Shown one piece after another: positions 55,234-64,000 of a stretch of 64,000 nucleotides of DNA. The notes under the pieces were generated by a model. It ran no database searches, was not told the DNA's origin, and worked only from the letters and a program-made list of their open reading frames with translations. Position 1 is the stretch's first letter, and every line of letters begins with the position of its first letter. The stretch comes from Lentisphaeria bacterium (GTDB lineage: Bacteria > Verrucomicrobiota > Lentisphaeria > Victivallales > UBA1829), in the NCBI GenBank assembly GCA_017503375.1, contig JAFVTF010000008.1, forward strand, positions 64 through 64,063, given 5' to 3'. The position numbers and the translations under genes are program-made.

Positions 55234-58200
55234 ATGTATAAGTCATTTTTATTGACGGCGATTCTTTCCTGTTCGTTCTTTGTGAACGCACTGGAATTGA
55301 ACTGCACCTTTGACCGGGCTTTGCCCAAAGGAGTCACCGTGGCAGGTACTGTTCAGAAAAAAGACGGTGTATCTGTTATGGTCAACAGTAAGAATTATGT
55401 TGCGGCAATGCTGAAATTCAAGGGGGAAGATAATACCAATGGTACTCTCGACCTTGATTTGATGACGACCGGACAGCCCCCGACTACTCTGGGCGCAATC
55501 CTTTTCCGCAAAGATAAAGGAAAACTTGTCAAGATTTCCATGTTCGCATGGCTCAAACAGATTCCCAGAGACAGTTTCGGAAAAATGACTTTTACCTTCC
55601 CTCCCGGACGGTTCAAATCCGGACAGGATTATGAAATTTATCTCTACCGCGCCAATCAGAAAGGTACGTTGATTTTCCGTAATATCACCTTCAAACTGGA
55701 AAAGGTGAAACGGGGAATCAAAGTCAATTACAAAAACACCCCGGACCTGGTGGGACCACTGAAAAGCGGTCCTTCCGGAAAACCTGATTTTCATATTCAG
55801 ATCACAGGGGTGAATCCGGCAAAGAAAATCAAGGAAATCGTCGTGACCTGTCCCGGCGGACGCTGGGTTTCCGGTGATGATGTCAAGAAAAATTTCTGGA
55901 TGATCCAGTATTATGACTCCGCAGATTTTCCCACACGGAAGAATCCGAAAAACAACTTCAACGGTGTTCTGCACTCCAATTTGAGCTGTATCGACATGGT
56001 GTTTGAAAACTCTTATGTGGAAGGTGTTCAATATCTCTGCGAAGTCTTTTATTCCGATGGAACTGTGGATCAGTGGAAAACGGAAAAGGAAAAAATCGTT
56101 CCTCCTCCGGTTCCCCTGACCTTTCAGAAAAAGATTCTCGCTGATGCCGGAAAACATTCTGTGCCTGCCAGCTGGAAACAGCCGGAAGTCGGCAGCAGAA
56201 GTTTCTATTCTCTGATCAGCGATAAAGAAGAGATGAATAACGGTTTCCTGATGCGCGGAAAGGCGCACCGCCGTGTATGGAGTCTCGGCTGGTTCCTGCC
56301 GTTCGCCGGACACAACAAAAAACCGCCGAAGTATCAGGTGGAAAAATATTGCTCCATCTCTTCCAGAGCCGCTCTAAGGGAATTTCAGGTCTTTGACAGC
56401 ACCGGAAAAAATATTGCAGCTCAGGCTGCCGTAACCGGAGAATGCAAGCCCGGATGGACTGATCTTGCAAAAGTTATTGACGGTAATACCTCTATCGACA
56501 GTGCCGCAAAAGCAGCTGATGCATCCATCAATCAGCCGCAGCAAGCTCAGATCACCTTGAACTTCAAAAAGCCTGTAAAACTTTCCAAAGCAGTGCTGTA
56601 TCACGGCTGCCGTAACGGAAGTCTCGCAGGATATATCGCAAGAGATTTTTCTCTGGAATATCTTGACAATGGGAAATGGACACCTGTCGGCAATGTGAAA
56701 GACAATACAGCAGAACGTACCGAACACGTTCTGAATAATTTGGAAACCGCAGCGTTGCGCCTGAATATCACCAGAGAAAATACTCTGGTTGATTTCAGCA
56801 AATTCAACTTCTCTTTCAGCAATGACTATTTGAATATTCTTGAAAAAACAGGAAAAATTCCGGAAGACGTGACCTTCCATTTCTGGTATCTGGGCCATGA
56901 TTCCTCAATCTATTTCGCCTTGCCGAAAGATGATTATGTTCCCGCCGGAATGGATGAATATAAAAAATGGCGCGCAAAACACCCCAATTTCATGGGATTC
57001 CAGGTTGTTGAATTCGATAATGACCTGTCCCATCATCTTGGCTGGGGCTCTTACAGAGATCAGAAAGGGGCTCTTGGCGGATACCGCTATGCAAGCAAAA
57101 ATTTCGTCGTGCAGCGTCCTCTGGTCAAATTGCCTGATACCCGTCAGGAAGCTCTGAAACAATACGAAAATCTTTATAAATTCTATAACCGCATGATGTT
57201 CAATGATGCGGCAAACTTCAGTTCCATCACCATGTGGCATCATCAGACAATGGAATGGGGCGCACCTTCCACTGTTATGGAATGTTTCGGCGGCGGCTGT
57301 CCGGTATTCTCCGCTCAGATTGCTTCTGCAAGAGGTGCATCCCGTCAATACGGCAACAAGCCCTGGGGATGTTATTTTGCCACATATCTCGGAAACGGTT
57401 ATTTGAACTATCATAAATCGAGCAGTGTCTCCGGACCGAATTGCGGGAAATCCGCTTCTCTCTACCGCAGACAGAATTTCTTCGCTTATCTCATGGGAGC
57501 AACTTATGTTGATTTTGAACATCCGGATATAGCTTTCCTCAAATCAAAACCCGTGAAAGGAAAAGCACCGGAATTCACACCTCATGGAAAAGCCGTTGTG
57601 GAAACTGCAGAATTTGCCCGGAACGACAAGGATCGCGGGGATGTTTATACGCCCATTGCCCTGTTGATGGATTTCTGCCACGGATGGGACAATCATGAGT
57701 CCCGGAAAGTCTGGTACGGTATGTTCAAACCGACCCTTGCGGACCGCAACACAGATGCCTGGATGTACGGCATCTTCGGAAGTTCCGTTTCACCTCAGGA
57801 AGGTTATGGCTGCAATATGAGTCAGACCGGATTCAGCGGACTTGTGGATATTCTCACTTTGAATCCGCCCTCCGGAGCTCCGGCGATCCTCAAAGATTAT
57901 CCTGCCGCAATTCTTGCCGGCGGAATCAACTGGAACAATAATGCTGTTCAGGCAGTAAAGAAATACGTTGAAAACGGCGGGATTCTCGTCATCAACTCCG
58001 AACAACTCCCGAAAGCTCTTGACAGCAAATTTACGGGCATTGAATTTACAGGGAAAACAGCAAAACATACCGCCTCTGTAACAGCTGACGGACAGAAACT
58101 TGCAGACAGCAAGATCCCTTACGAATATCATTTTGTAAAATTGCGCGGAGCAAAAACACTCCTGAAAACCCCCGCCGGACAGCCTCTTGCAACTGTCTTC

Positions 58201-58626
58201 AACGTGGGAAAAGGAAAAGTTATTCTGACATTGCAGAAATATCTTGTGGAAGACCCCGCAACTGCCGGACAGAAAAAAGGTTTGCCCACGGTTCATTATC
58301 TGCTTTCCCTGCTGCGGCATGAATTGCTGCCGTTCCAGGTCTCCGGAAACAGCCCCGCTGAAATGGTGGTCAGCCGTCTGAAAAACGGATGGCGTGTTTC
58401 TCTCCTGAACAACCGCGGCGTTTACAAGCAGCCTTTGACGGCTCCTGTCATTGTCAAAGCAGAAAAAACAACGCAGACTCTGAGATTCCCTGCAGAATTT
58501 ACCTCTGCTGTGGAAAAAATCTCAGGGAAAAAACTTACGATCAAAAAGAACAAAGGACAGAATGAAGTGACTGTTACCATTCCGGCAGGAGATTTGGCAG
58601 TGATTGATTTCGTTTCTGGAAAATAA
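55234..58626 (+). CDS. Large secreted multidomain protein (CBM-like N-domain, discoidin-like domain, unassigned catalytic-size core, amidotransferase-like C-domain)
   Basis: Signal peptide MYKSFLLTAILSCSFFVNA. F5/8-type-C-like segment (REFQVFDSTGKNI...FSLEYLDNGKWTPV...AALRLNI). 1130 aa. Confidence 0.75.
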   Translation: MYKSFLLTAILSCSFFVNALELNCTFDRALPKGVTVAGTVQKKDGVSVMVNSKNYVAAMLKFKGEDNTNGTLDLDLMTTGQPPTTLGAILFRKDKGKLVKISMFAWLKQIPRDSFGKMTFTFPPGRFKSGQDYEIYLYRANQKGTLIFRNITFKLEKVKRGIKVNYKNTPDLVGPLKSGPSGKPDFHIQITGVNPAKKIKEIVVTCPGGRWVSGDDVKKNFWMIQYYDSADFPTRKNPKNNFNGVLHSNLSCIDMVFENSYVEGVQYLCEVFYSDGTVDQWKTEKEKIVPPPVPLTFQKKILADAGKHSVPASWKQPEVGSRSFYSLISDKEEMNNGFLMRGKAHRRVWSLGWFLPFAGHNKKPPKYQVEKYCSISSRAALREFQVFDSTGKNIAAQAAVTGECKPGWTDLAKVIDGNTSIDSAAKAADASINQPQQAQITLNFKKPVKLSKAVLYHGCRNGSLAGYIARDFSLEYLDNGKWTPVGNVKDNTAERTEHVLNNLETAALRLNITRENTLVDFSKFNFSFSNDYLNILEKTGKIPEDVTFHFWYLGHDSSIYFALPKDDYVPAGMDEYKKWRAKHPNFMGFQVVEFDNDLSHHLGWGSYRDQKGALGGYRYASKNFVVQRPLVKLPDTRQEALKQYENLYKFYNRMMFNDAANFSSITMWHHQTMEWGAPSTVMECFGGGCPVFSAQIASARGASRQYGNKPWGCYFATYLGNGYLNYHKSSSVSGPNCGKSASLYRRQNFFAYLMGATYVDFEHPDIAFLKSKPVKGKAPEFTPHGKAVVETAEFARNDKDRGDVYTPIALLMDFCHGWDNHESRKVWYGMFKPTLADRNTDAWMYGIFGSSVSPQEGYGCNMSQTGFSGLVDILTLNPPSGAPAILKDYPAAILAGGINWNNNAVQAVKKYVENGGILVINSEQLPKALDSKFTGIEFTGKTAKHTASVTADGQKLADSKIPYEYHFVKLRGAKTLLKTPAGQPLATVFNVGKGKVILTLQKYLVEDPATAGQKKGLPTVHYLLSLLRHELLPFQVSGNSPAEMVVSRLKNGWRVSLLNNRGVYKQPLTAPVIVKAEKTTQTLRFPAEFTSAVEKISGKKLTIKKNKGQNEVTVTIPAGDLAVIDFVSGK

Positions 58627-58640
58627 TATTGGAACGGAAA

Positions 58641-59783
58641 ATGGAAAATAAAAAAATCGGTGTTGCCGTAATCGGATGCGGCATGCGTTCAAAATATACC
58701 GTCGGAAACCTGCTGCGGGACTCCGGACAGAATGTGGAAGTTTTATCGGTATATGACCCTATTGATAAAGTTGTAGATGAAGCGTTGGAACAATGGAAGG
58801 TTGATAAAAGCCGCTGCCGGAAATGCTCCGGCAGTCTGGAGGCAATCAACACTCCCGGCGTGGAATGGGTGCTTGTCTATTCCCCGAACGTATTTCACAG
58901 ACAGCATATTCTTGAGGCGTTTGCTGCCGGAAAACATGTTTTTTCTGAAAAGCCTCTTGCCTCAACACTTGAGGCTTGCAAGGAAATTTACGATGCTCAT
59001 GCCGCTGGCAATCTCCTGTTTGCTACAGGTTTTGTCTTGCGTTATTCCCCGATTTACCGGAATATCAAATCCATGCTGGAGTCCGGTGAGTTCGGAAAAC
59101 TTCTGAGCATTGAAGCAAATGAAAATATCACGCCTGCACACGGCGGTTATATCATGAGAAACTGGCGCAGGAAAAGCGAGATTTCCGGACCGCACATTCT
59201 GGAAAAATGCTGTCATGATCTTGACTTGATCCTGTGGTTCTGCAATTCTCTTCCCAGCAAAGTGTTCTTCTGCGGAGCAACCAATGTCTTCAAACCGGAA
59301 AACCGTTATATGGAAGAAAAGTACGGAGCCGATACTTTCAATAACTGGGGCGGACACGATCAGATCGAAACTGCGTTCAATGATGATTCCGATATGATGG
59401 ATACCAGCATGGGAACAGCGGTTTTCCGGAACGGCGTGCAGGTTTCTTTCTGTGCCACCATGTGCAACGCTCTTCCGGAACGCCGGATGCGTTTCAATTG
59501 TGCGGAAGGTACAATCATGGTGGATTTGTACACCTCCACCATCACTTACCGGAAACTTGGTGATGATACCGCTCATACCTTGAAGTATTACAATGATCTT
59601 CACGGCGGCGGGGATGAATACATCATGAAAGATCTGTATGATACTATGAAAAACGGAACTCCTCCGAAATGCAGCGGAAACGAAGGTTTGGAAAGTGCAG
59701 TTTTTGCGCTTGCTCTGGATCAATCTGCAAGAGAGGGTAAACTAATCGATCTGGAACCCATCTGGAAATCTTTGAACCGGTAA
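58641..59783 (+). CDS. Gfo/Idh/MocA-family NAD(P)-dependent oxidoreductase
   Basis: KIGVAVIGCGMRSKY Rossmann start and the EKPLA motif (FSEKPLASTLEACKEI). The track start at 58629 is TTG; ATG at 58641 was used. Confidence 0.8.
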   Translation: MENKKIGVAVIGCGMRSKYTVGNLLRDSGQNVEVLSVYDPIDKVVDEALEQWKVDKSRCRKCSGSLEAINTPGVEWVLVYSPNVFHRQHILEAFAAGKHVFSEKPLASTLEACKEIYDAHAAGNLLFATGFVLRYSPIYRNIKSMLESGEFGKLLSIEANENITPAHGGYIMRNWRRKSEISGPHILEKCCHDLDLILWFCNSLPSKVFFCGATNVFKPENRYMEEKYGADTFNNWGGHDQIETAFNDDSDMMDTSMGTAVFRNGVQVSFCATMCNALPERRMRFNCAEGTIMVDLYTSTITYRKLGDDTAHTLKYYNDLHGGGDEYIMKDLYDTMKNGTPPKCSGNEGLESAVFALALDQSAREGKLIDLEPIWKSLNR

Positions 59784-59798
59784 AATAAGTAAAAAAAA

Positions 59799-59999
59799 GC
59801 GCTGTTCCACATATAGATTGGTAAATCTTTCTGCTATTTTAACCCAATGATGGCATTTTGATTTTTGCATCGCAAAAATCGGAATGCCGCAAAAAGGTTT
59901 CTAAAAGGATGATGGGGTTCGGGGAAGAAGGGAAAAAATTTCCTCAAAAGTTTTTCCCTTCTTCCCCGATTACAAATCAACCATTATTGGGAACAGAGC
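59799..59999. repeat. Copy C of the hairpin-repeat family (best-preserved copy)
   Basis: Termini GCGCTGTTCC (59799-59808) and GGGAACAGAGC (59989-59999) are inverted. Flanked by A8 on the left and T7 on the right. 17-bp stem GGGGAAGAAGGGAAAAA/TTTTTCCCTTCTTCCCC (59921-59967). Hairpin GGCATTTTGATTTTTGC/GCAAAAATCGGAATGCC. Confidence 0.8.
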
Positions 60000-62458
60000 T
60001 TTTTTCTTAAACGATAGATTTTTGTTCTTTCGGCATCCTCCCAAGATCGATAATCTGTACTACGGAACATTGGAGACGTGCCAAATAAATGTCCATATTT
60101 TTCTTTGATTTGTTCTTCACAGGCTGAACCGGAAAAAGCGTCGGGGGCAATACAGATAATATTATCCGGCAGAATCACCTCTGTCAAGACTGAACAATTG
60201 GCAAATGCCATCCGGTCGATGATCAAAGGACCGGCATCCTGCGGAAATTCTACTTTTTTCAATGCATAACAGTTGGCAAAAGCATAAGGGTCGATACTCT
60301 GCACACTTTTGGGCAGTACAACCTCGGTCAAAAAAATATTTCCGTCAAAACATCCGGTGTATATTCTTTCCGGTTTTCCGCTAATCGTATATTTTTCGGA
60401 ATATGACGGGGGTAAATATTTTACTCTTCCATGGTTGCGGCTGTGCAATGCCCCCTGTTTATCATAGTAAAAATAATCAACTTTATCAGAGATGATGATT
60501 TCTTTTACCCCGGAAAATGCAGCGGTCCAGAAGCATTCATTCCCTGGCTCATACTGATCTTCGCCTGCATTTGCAAACGTTGAAAAGAGCAAGGTCAGAG
60601 AAGTACATCCGGAAAATGCCATTCGTCCGATCCTGTGCAGCGGTGCATTGATCTCAAGGACTCCGCTGAGATTTGAACAGCCGAAAAATGCCATATCAAG
60701 GATTTTGTTTACATTCCCGGGAATGGTATATTCTCCACGGTATGAATATGGAAATGCAACAAGAGAATACAGACGGCAATTTTTTTCAAACGACCAAACA
60801 TCTGCTTTGAATAACGCACCGGCACTATCACATACATAATGCTGATTCCCGGGGTCAACAGAAAATGATTCAATCAATGCAAGAGCTCCCGGATCAATAT
60901 ATTCAACAGAGGCAGGAATCCTGAGTTTCAACTCCCTGCAGTTGAAAAAGGCTTGTGATCCAATGCTGTATAAGCCGTCCGGTAAATTGATTTTCGATAA
61001 TGAGAAGCATGAATCAAAGGCATTTTTGCCAATGCTGCCTACACATTCTGGAAGCAAAACCCGTTGCAAACTGTCACAATGCTCAAAAGCATACAGCGGT
61101 ATGAAGGTCACCTTGCAGTAAAGCAATATTTGCTTCAGTGCAGAACAGCCGGAAAAAACCTCACTTCCCAATTCTGTCAGTTCGTATGGAATATTAATGT
61201 CTGTTAAGGAACTGCATCCGTAAAAAGCCCGGTCCCCGATTACGGATACAGTTTCCGGGATTTGGATTTCTTTCAAATTGCAGCACTTGAAAAATGTATC
61301 ATCGGGAATACGTGTAAACAAAGACAGTTCATCATCCAAAATCTGGATTTTGACTTTATACAAGTTCACACAGCCGGAAAAAACGCCTTTCCCAAATGAT
61401 GAAATGTCTTCGAGTTTTACATATTTCAGATTTGCACACCCGGCAAAGGCATAATCATAAATGTTCTCAATGAAATCTATATCAACAGAAGTCAGACCGT
61501 CACAGTGATAAAACGCATAGGGCGCAATATGATATATTTCCCGCGCTTCCCGGGATAACCCATCAAAAGAGTATTCCCCGGAAAATGTTTCAGGTGCATA
61601 AACAAGCGTCTTCCTGCATATATTATATAAAATGCCGTCATCTGTTCCAAATTCAAAATTTGGACATTTTGCAATATCTATTGATTTCACACCATACAAA
61701 CCGCCATTCAGATCCGTCAGGTTTTCCGGCAGACCCAAATCTAAATTACGACATCCCCAGAAAGCCATTGTTTCGATCGTTTCCAGCAGATAAAGCTGCG
61801 ACATCCCGGCACGGAAAAGATTGACACAATCCTTGAATGCGCCCTCCCGGATTTTTATAAGCCCATCAGGAAAAATTACTTCCCTCAAATTAAGACATTC
61901 TGAAAAAGTATAAGAAGAAATTTGACTTAACAGAGAACCGGATAAATCTGATCGCTCCAGGGATACACATTTTTCAAAAGCATGGTCTCCGATTGTTTCA
62001 ACAGATGCAGGAATATTGATAGAATGCAGATTTGAGCATCGCCGGAATGCTGAATTTCCAATTTCTTTCAGTTTTCCGGGCAATCTGATTTCACACAATG
62101 ATGTACAGTTGTCAAATGTTTGACTCGGAATCGTTTTCAATGTGTCAGAAAAAATAACTTTTTTCAGACTGCAGCAGTCCGCAAATACATTGGAACCTAA
62201 CTCTTTGAGTTTTGTGGAAGAAAGATCTATTTCTTCAAGAGAACTGCACATTTGGAAGGCATGATCTTCTATTTTTTTCAAATTGCCATGAAAAACGAGC
62301 TGTCTCAATTTATCGCAGTTGAAAAACGCACCGGAAGCAATTTTGGTAACATTGTCAGGAATAATAAAATTTTCAACAGTTTTATCGCAGCATTGATATA
62401 AAACAGTACCGCTGGAACTGTATTTGCATTGAATTGTTTGCATTCCAGGTATCTCCAT
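59984..62458 (-). CDS. BspA-type leucine-rich-repeat protein (LRR_5-like), no signal peptide
   Basis: About 25-residue repeats of the form IP..V..IG..AF..C..L..I are reiterated through the 824 aa. Cys-rich. The last five codons and the stop lie inside repeat copy C. Confidence 0.8.
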   Translation of the reverse strand: MEIPGMQTIQCKYSSSGTVLYQCCDKTVENFIIPDNVTKIASGAFFNCDKLRQLVFHGNLKKIEDHAFQMCSSLEEIDLSSTKLKELGSNVFADCCSLKKVIFSDTLKTIPSQTFDNCTSLCEIRLPGKLKEIGNSAFRRCSNLHSINIPASVETIGDHAFEKCVSLERSDLSGSLLSQISSYTFSECLNLREVIFPDGLIKIREGAFKDCVNLFRAGMSQLYLLETIETMAFWGCRNLDLGLPENLTDLNGGLYGVKSIDIAKCPNFEFGTDDGILYNICRKTLVYAPETFSGEYSFDGLSREAREIYHIAPYAFYHCDGLTSVDIDFIENIYDYAFAGCANLKYVKLEDISSFGKGVFSGCVNLYKVKIQILDDELSLFTRIPDDTFFKCCNLKEIQIPETVSVIGDRAFYGCSSLTDINIPYELTELGSEVFSGCSALKQILLYCKVTFIPLYAFEHCDSLQRVLLPECVGSIGKNAFDSCFSLSKINLPDGLYSIGSQAFFNCRELKLRIPASVEYIDPGALALIESFSVDPGNQHYVCDSAGALFKADVWSFEKNCRLYSLVAFPYSYRGEYTIPGNVNKILDMAFFGCSNLSGVLEINAPLHRIGRMAFSGCTSLTLLFSTFANAGEDQYEPGNECFWTAAFSGVKEIIISDKVDYFYYDKQGALHSRNHGRVKYLPPSYSEKYTISGKPERIYTGCFDGNIFLTEVVLPKSVQSIDPYAFANCYALKKVEFPQDAGPLIIDRMAFANCSVLTEVILPDNIICIAPDAFSGSACEEQIKEKYGHLFGTSPMFRSTDYRSWEDAERTKIYRLRKKLCSQ

Positions 62459-62640
62459 ATTTTTTGATGTAATTCTATAAAAAAGAATATTTATGTATCA
62501 CTTTGAGTTTCTGATTAATATACTGTCAAGGCAAGCTTTTTCAACTGCAAAAGGTATTTTTTTTGAAAAAAATCAAAAGAGAAGGTTCGCGAATGAACTG
62601 CCGTTATGTGTTATGAGAAATATTTCTTAATTTTACAAGC

Positions 62641-62677
62641 AAAAAAAACGGCACGGTATTCATCATACCATGCCGTT
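62641..62677 (-). terminator. Rho-independent terminator of rplQ
   Basis: The minus strand reads AACGGCATGGTAT-GATGA-ATACCGTGCCGTT, a 13-bp stem with one mismatch, followed by a T run (six Ts directly after the stem). It lies 19 nt after the rplQ stop. Confidence 0.8.
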
Positions 62678-62695
62678 GTAACTGGCAAATAAAGC

Positions 62696-63112
62696 TTATT
62701 CAGCTTTTGCTTCTTCAGCAGCCGGAGCAGCTTCGACGAGCTGGATCAGACATGCTTCAGCAGCATCACCGATGCGATGACCGATACGGATGATACGGGT
62801 GTATCCGCCGTTACGGGTTGCATAACGCTGAGCGAGATCAGCAAAGAGCTTGTCCAGAACCATTTTCTTGGACTGGAGTTTGCCGGCTTCGGTATTGATC
62901 TTCATTTTGGCAGCAGCGAGTCTGCGTGCATGAGGTGTACCGGTTTTACCGAGAGTAATGAGCTTGTCCACGAGAATACGGACTTCTTTTGCTCTGGTGA
63001 CAGTGGTCTTGACCTGTTCATGTTCGAGGATGGAGCAGGCAAGGTTGACGAGCAAAGCTTTTCTGTGACCGCAGTTACGGCCGAGCTTGGCTGTATGTTT
63101 CAGGTGACGCAT
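62696..63112 (-). CDS. rplQ: 50S ribosomal protein L17
   Basis: MRHLKHTAKLGRNCGHRKALLVNL is a typical L17 N-terminus. The track start at 63121 is TTG; ATG at 63112 was used. Confidence 0.9.
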   Translation of the reverse strand: MRHLKHTAKLGRNCGHRKALLVNLACSILEHEQVKTTVTRAKEVRILVDKLITLGKTGTPHARRLAAAKMKINTEAGKLQSKKMVLDKLFADLAQRYATRNGGYTRIIRIGHRIGDAAEACLIQLVEAAPAAEEAKAE

Positions 63113-63117
63113 AAGTG

Positions 63118-64000
63118 TCAAGCCTCCTCTTTCTTAGAGTTTTTAAGTTGTTCGGCATCTGCATTGATCAGGTCTGCGACTTCTTTCTTGAACGTCATAC
63201 CGAGAGAGAGATTCATGGAAGCAAGTTTTTCCTTGATCTCTTCCAGAGACTTCTTACCGAAGTTACGGAACTTGAGCATTCTGGATTCGGACTTGGTGCA
63301 GAGTTCACCGAGCATTTTAATATTCGCATTGTTAAGGCAGTTCATAGCACGGACGGAGAGGTCAAGGACCTCAACAGGTCTGATAAACTGCTGATACTGG
63401 CGCATGACATCGGGATCAGCAGGAGCTGCGGGACGGGCAACATCACTTCCGAGGAAGGGATTGAGGTGATCTCTCAGGATCTTTGCAGCCTTTTCGAGAG
63501 CATCCTTTGCGGTCACGCGGCCATCAGTTTCAACTTCCAGCACAAGGCGGTCCATATCGGTTTTGGCACCCAGACGGGTAGCTTCAACCTGATAACGGAC
63601 GTGTGTGACAGGACTGAAGAGACTGTCAATTGCGATGGTTCCGAGGGGAGCATCTTTAGCAAGTTCCAGCTTATTCTGTTCAGCGGGAGTCCATCCACGG
63701 CCATTTTTGACTTCAATTTCTGCGCGGAAATCTGTGTCTTTATCAAGAGTACAGATAACCTGTTCAGGATTGAGAACGGTCAAAATGCCATCTGTGGAAA
63801 TATCACCGGCGGTAACGACACCGGCCTTATTTTTACGGATTTCAAAGGTCTTGGGACCTTCAGCGTTCAGGATGAGGGAAACTTTCTTGAGGTTCACAAC
63901 AATCTCAGTACCGTCTTCAACAACGTTGGGGATGGTTGCGAATTCATGGGCGAATCCATCAATTCTTACTGCGGAGATTGCGGAACCTTCCAATGAGGAG
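63118..64000 (-). CDS. rpoA: DNA-directed RNA polymerase alpha subunit (5' end outside window)
   Basis: MEGSAISAVRIDGFAHEF parallels E. coli MPGCAVTEVEIDGVLHEY (about residue 51), so roughly 50 codons are missing. CTD motif LDLSVRAMNCLNNANIKMLGEL...NFGKKSLEEIKEKL. Confidence 0.9.
   Translation of the reverse strand, partial: SSLEGSAISAVRIDGFAHEFATIPNVVEDGTEIVVNLKKVSLILNAEGPKTFEIRKNKAGVVTAGDISTDGILTVLNPEQVICTLDKDTDFRAEIEVKNGRGWTPAEQNKLELAKDAPLGTIAIDSLFSPVTHVRYQVEATRLGAKTDMDRLVLEVETDGRVTAKDALEKAAKILRDHLNPFLGSDVARPAAPADPDVMRQYQQFIRPVEVLDLSVRAMNCLNNANIKMLGELCTKSESRMLKFRNFGKKSLEEIKEKLASMNLSLGMTFKKEVADLINADAEQLKNSKKEEA

Noticed and set aside
63115-63996. 293-aa plus-strand ORF opposite rpoA
   Set aside because: Antisense shadow of rpoA. 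The sense translation aligns with the RpoA NTD and CTD.

Overview
High-density 64-kb chromosomal window (about 42 CDS) in five alternating strand blocks: minus 1122-19684, plus 20085-41336, minus 41556-48752, plus 49205-59783, minus 59984-64000. I saw no rRNA, tRNA or CRISPR array. Housekeeping content: an ABC-F ATPase, thyX, pyrK-pyrD, pgi, an envelope cluster (PpiD-like chaperone, PLD-family protein, skp, lpxD), a long U32-family Fe-S protein, rplQ and the 3' part of rpoA. Roughly 35 kb is accessory and forms three separate, tightly packed glycan-degradation-type operons (about 8694-19768, 23825-41336, 52810-59783). Each operon has its own sugar-type regulator (LacI, an AraR-like GntR/PBP chimera, LacI). 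Each also has exactly one type IV pilin-like H-X9-DG pseudopilin whose leader lacks the canonical Gly at -1. Each carries very large Sec-signal proteins rich in CBM-like modules, tandem paralogues in loci 1 and 2, that I cannot assign to a named family. Each has cytoplasmic accessory enzymes and no recognisable transporter. This recurring transporter-less, pseudopilin-centred locus design is my main candidate for an undescribed system. It also suggests a PVC-superphylum host (Lentisphaerota/Kiritimatiellota/Verrucomicrobiota-like), which is inference only. The non-coding DNA is organised. A ~200-bp hairpin-rich repeat with GCTCTGTTCC / GGGAACAGAGC termini occupies all three complete convergent gene junctions, with a partial copy at the window's left edge. 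A 49-bp perfect repeat occurs in both divergent junctions. Clean TTGACA-N17/18-TAnAnT promoters carry candidate operators: an 18-bp LacI palindrome, and a 22-nt box shared by two promoters. Many long ORFs in the track are codon-aligned antisense shadows of real genes and were rejected. All family calls are motif-based by eye and no database search was possible.
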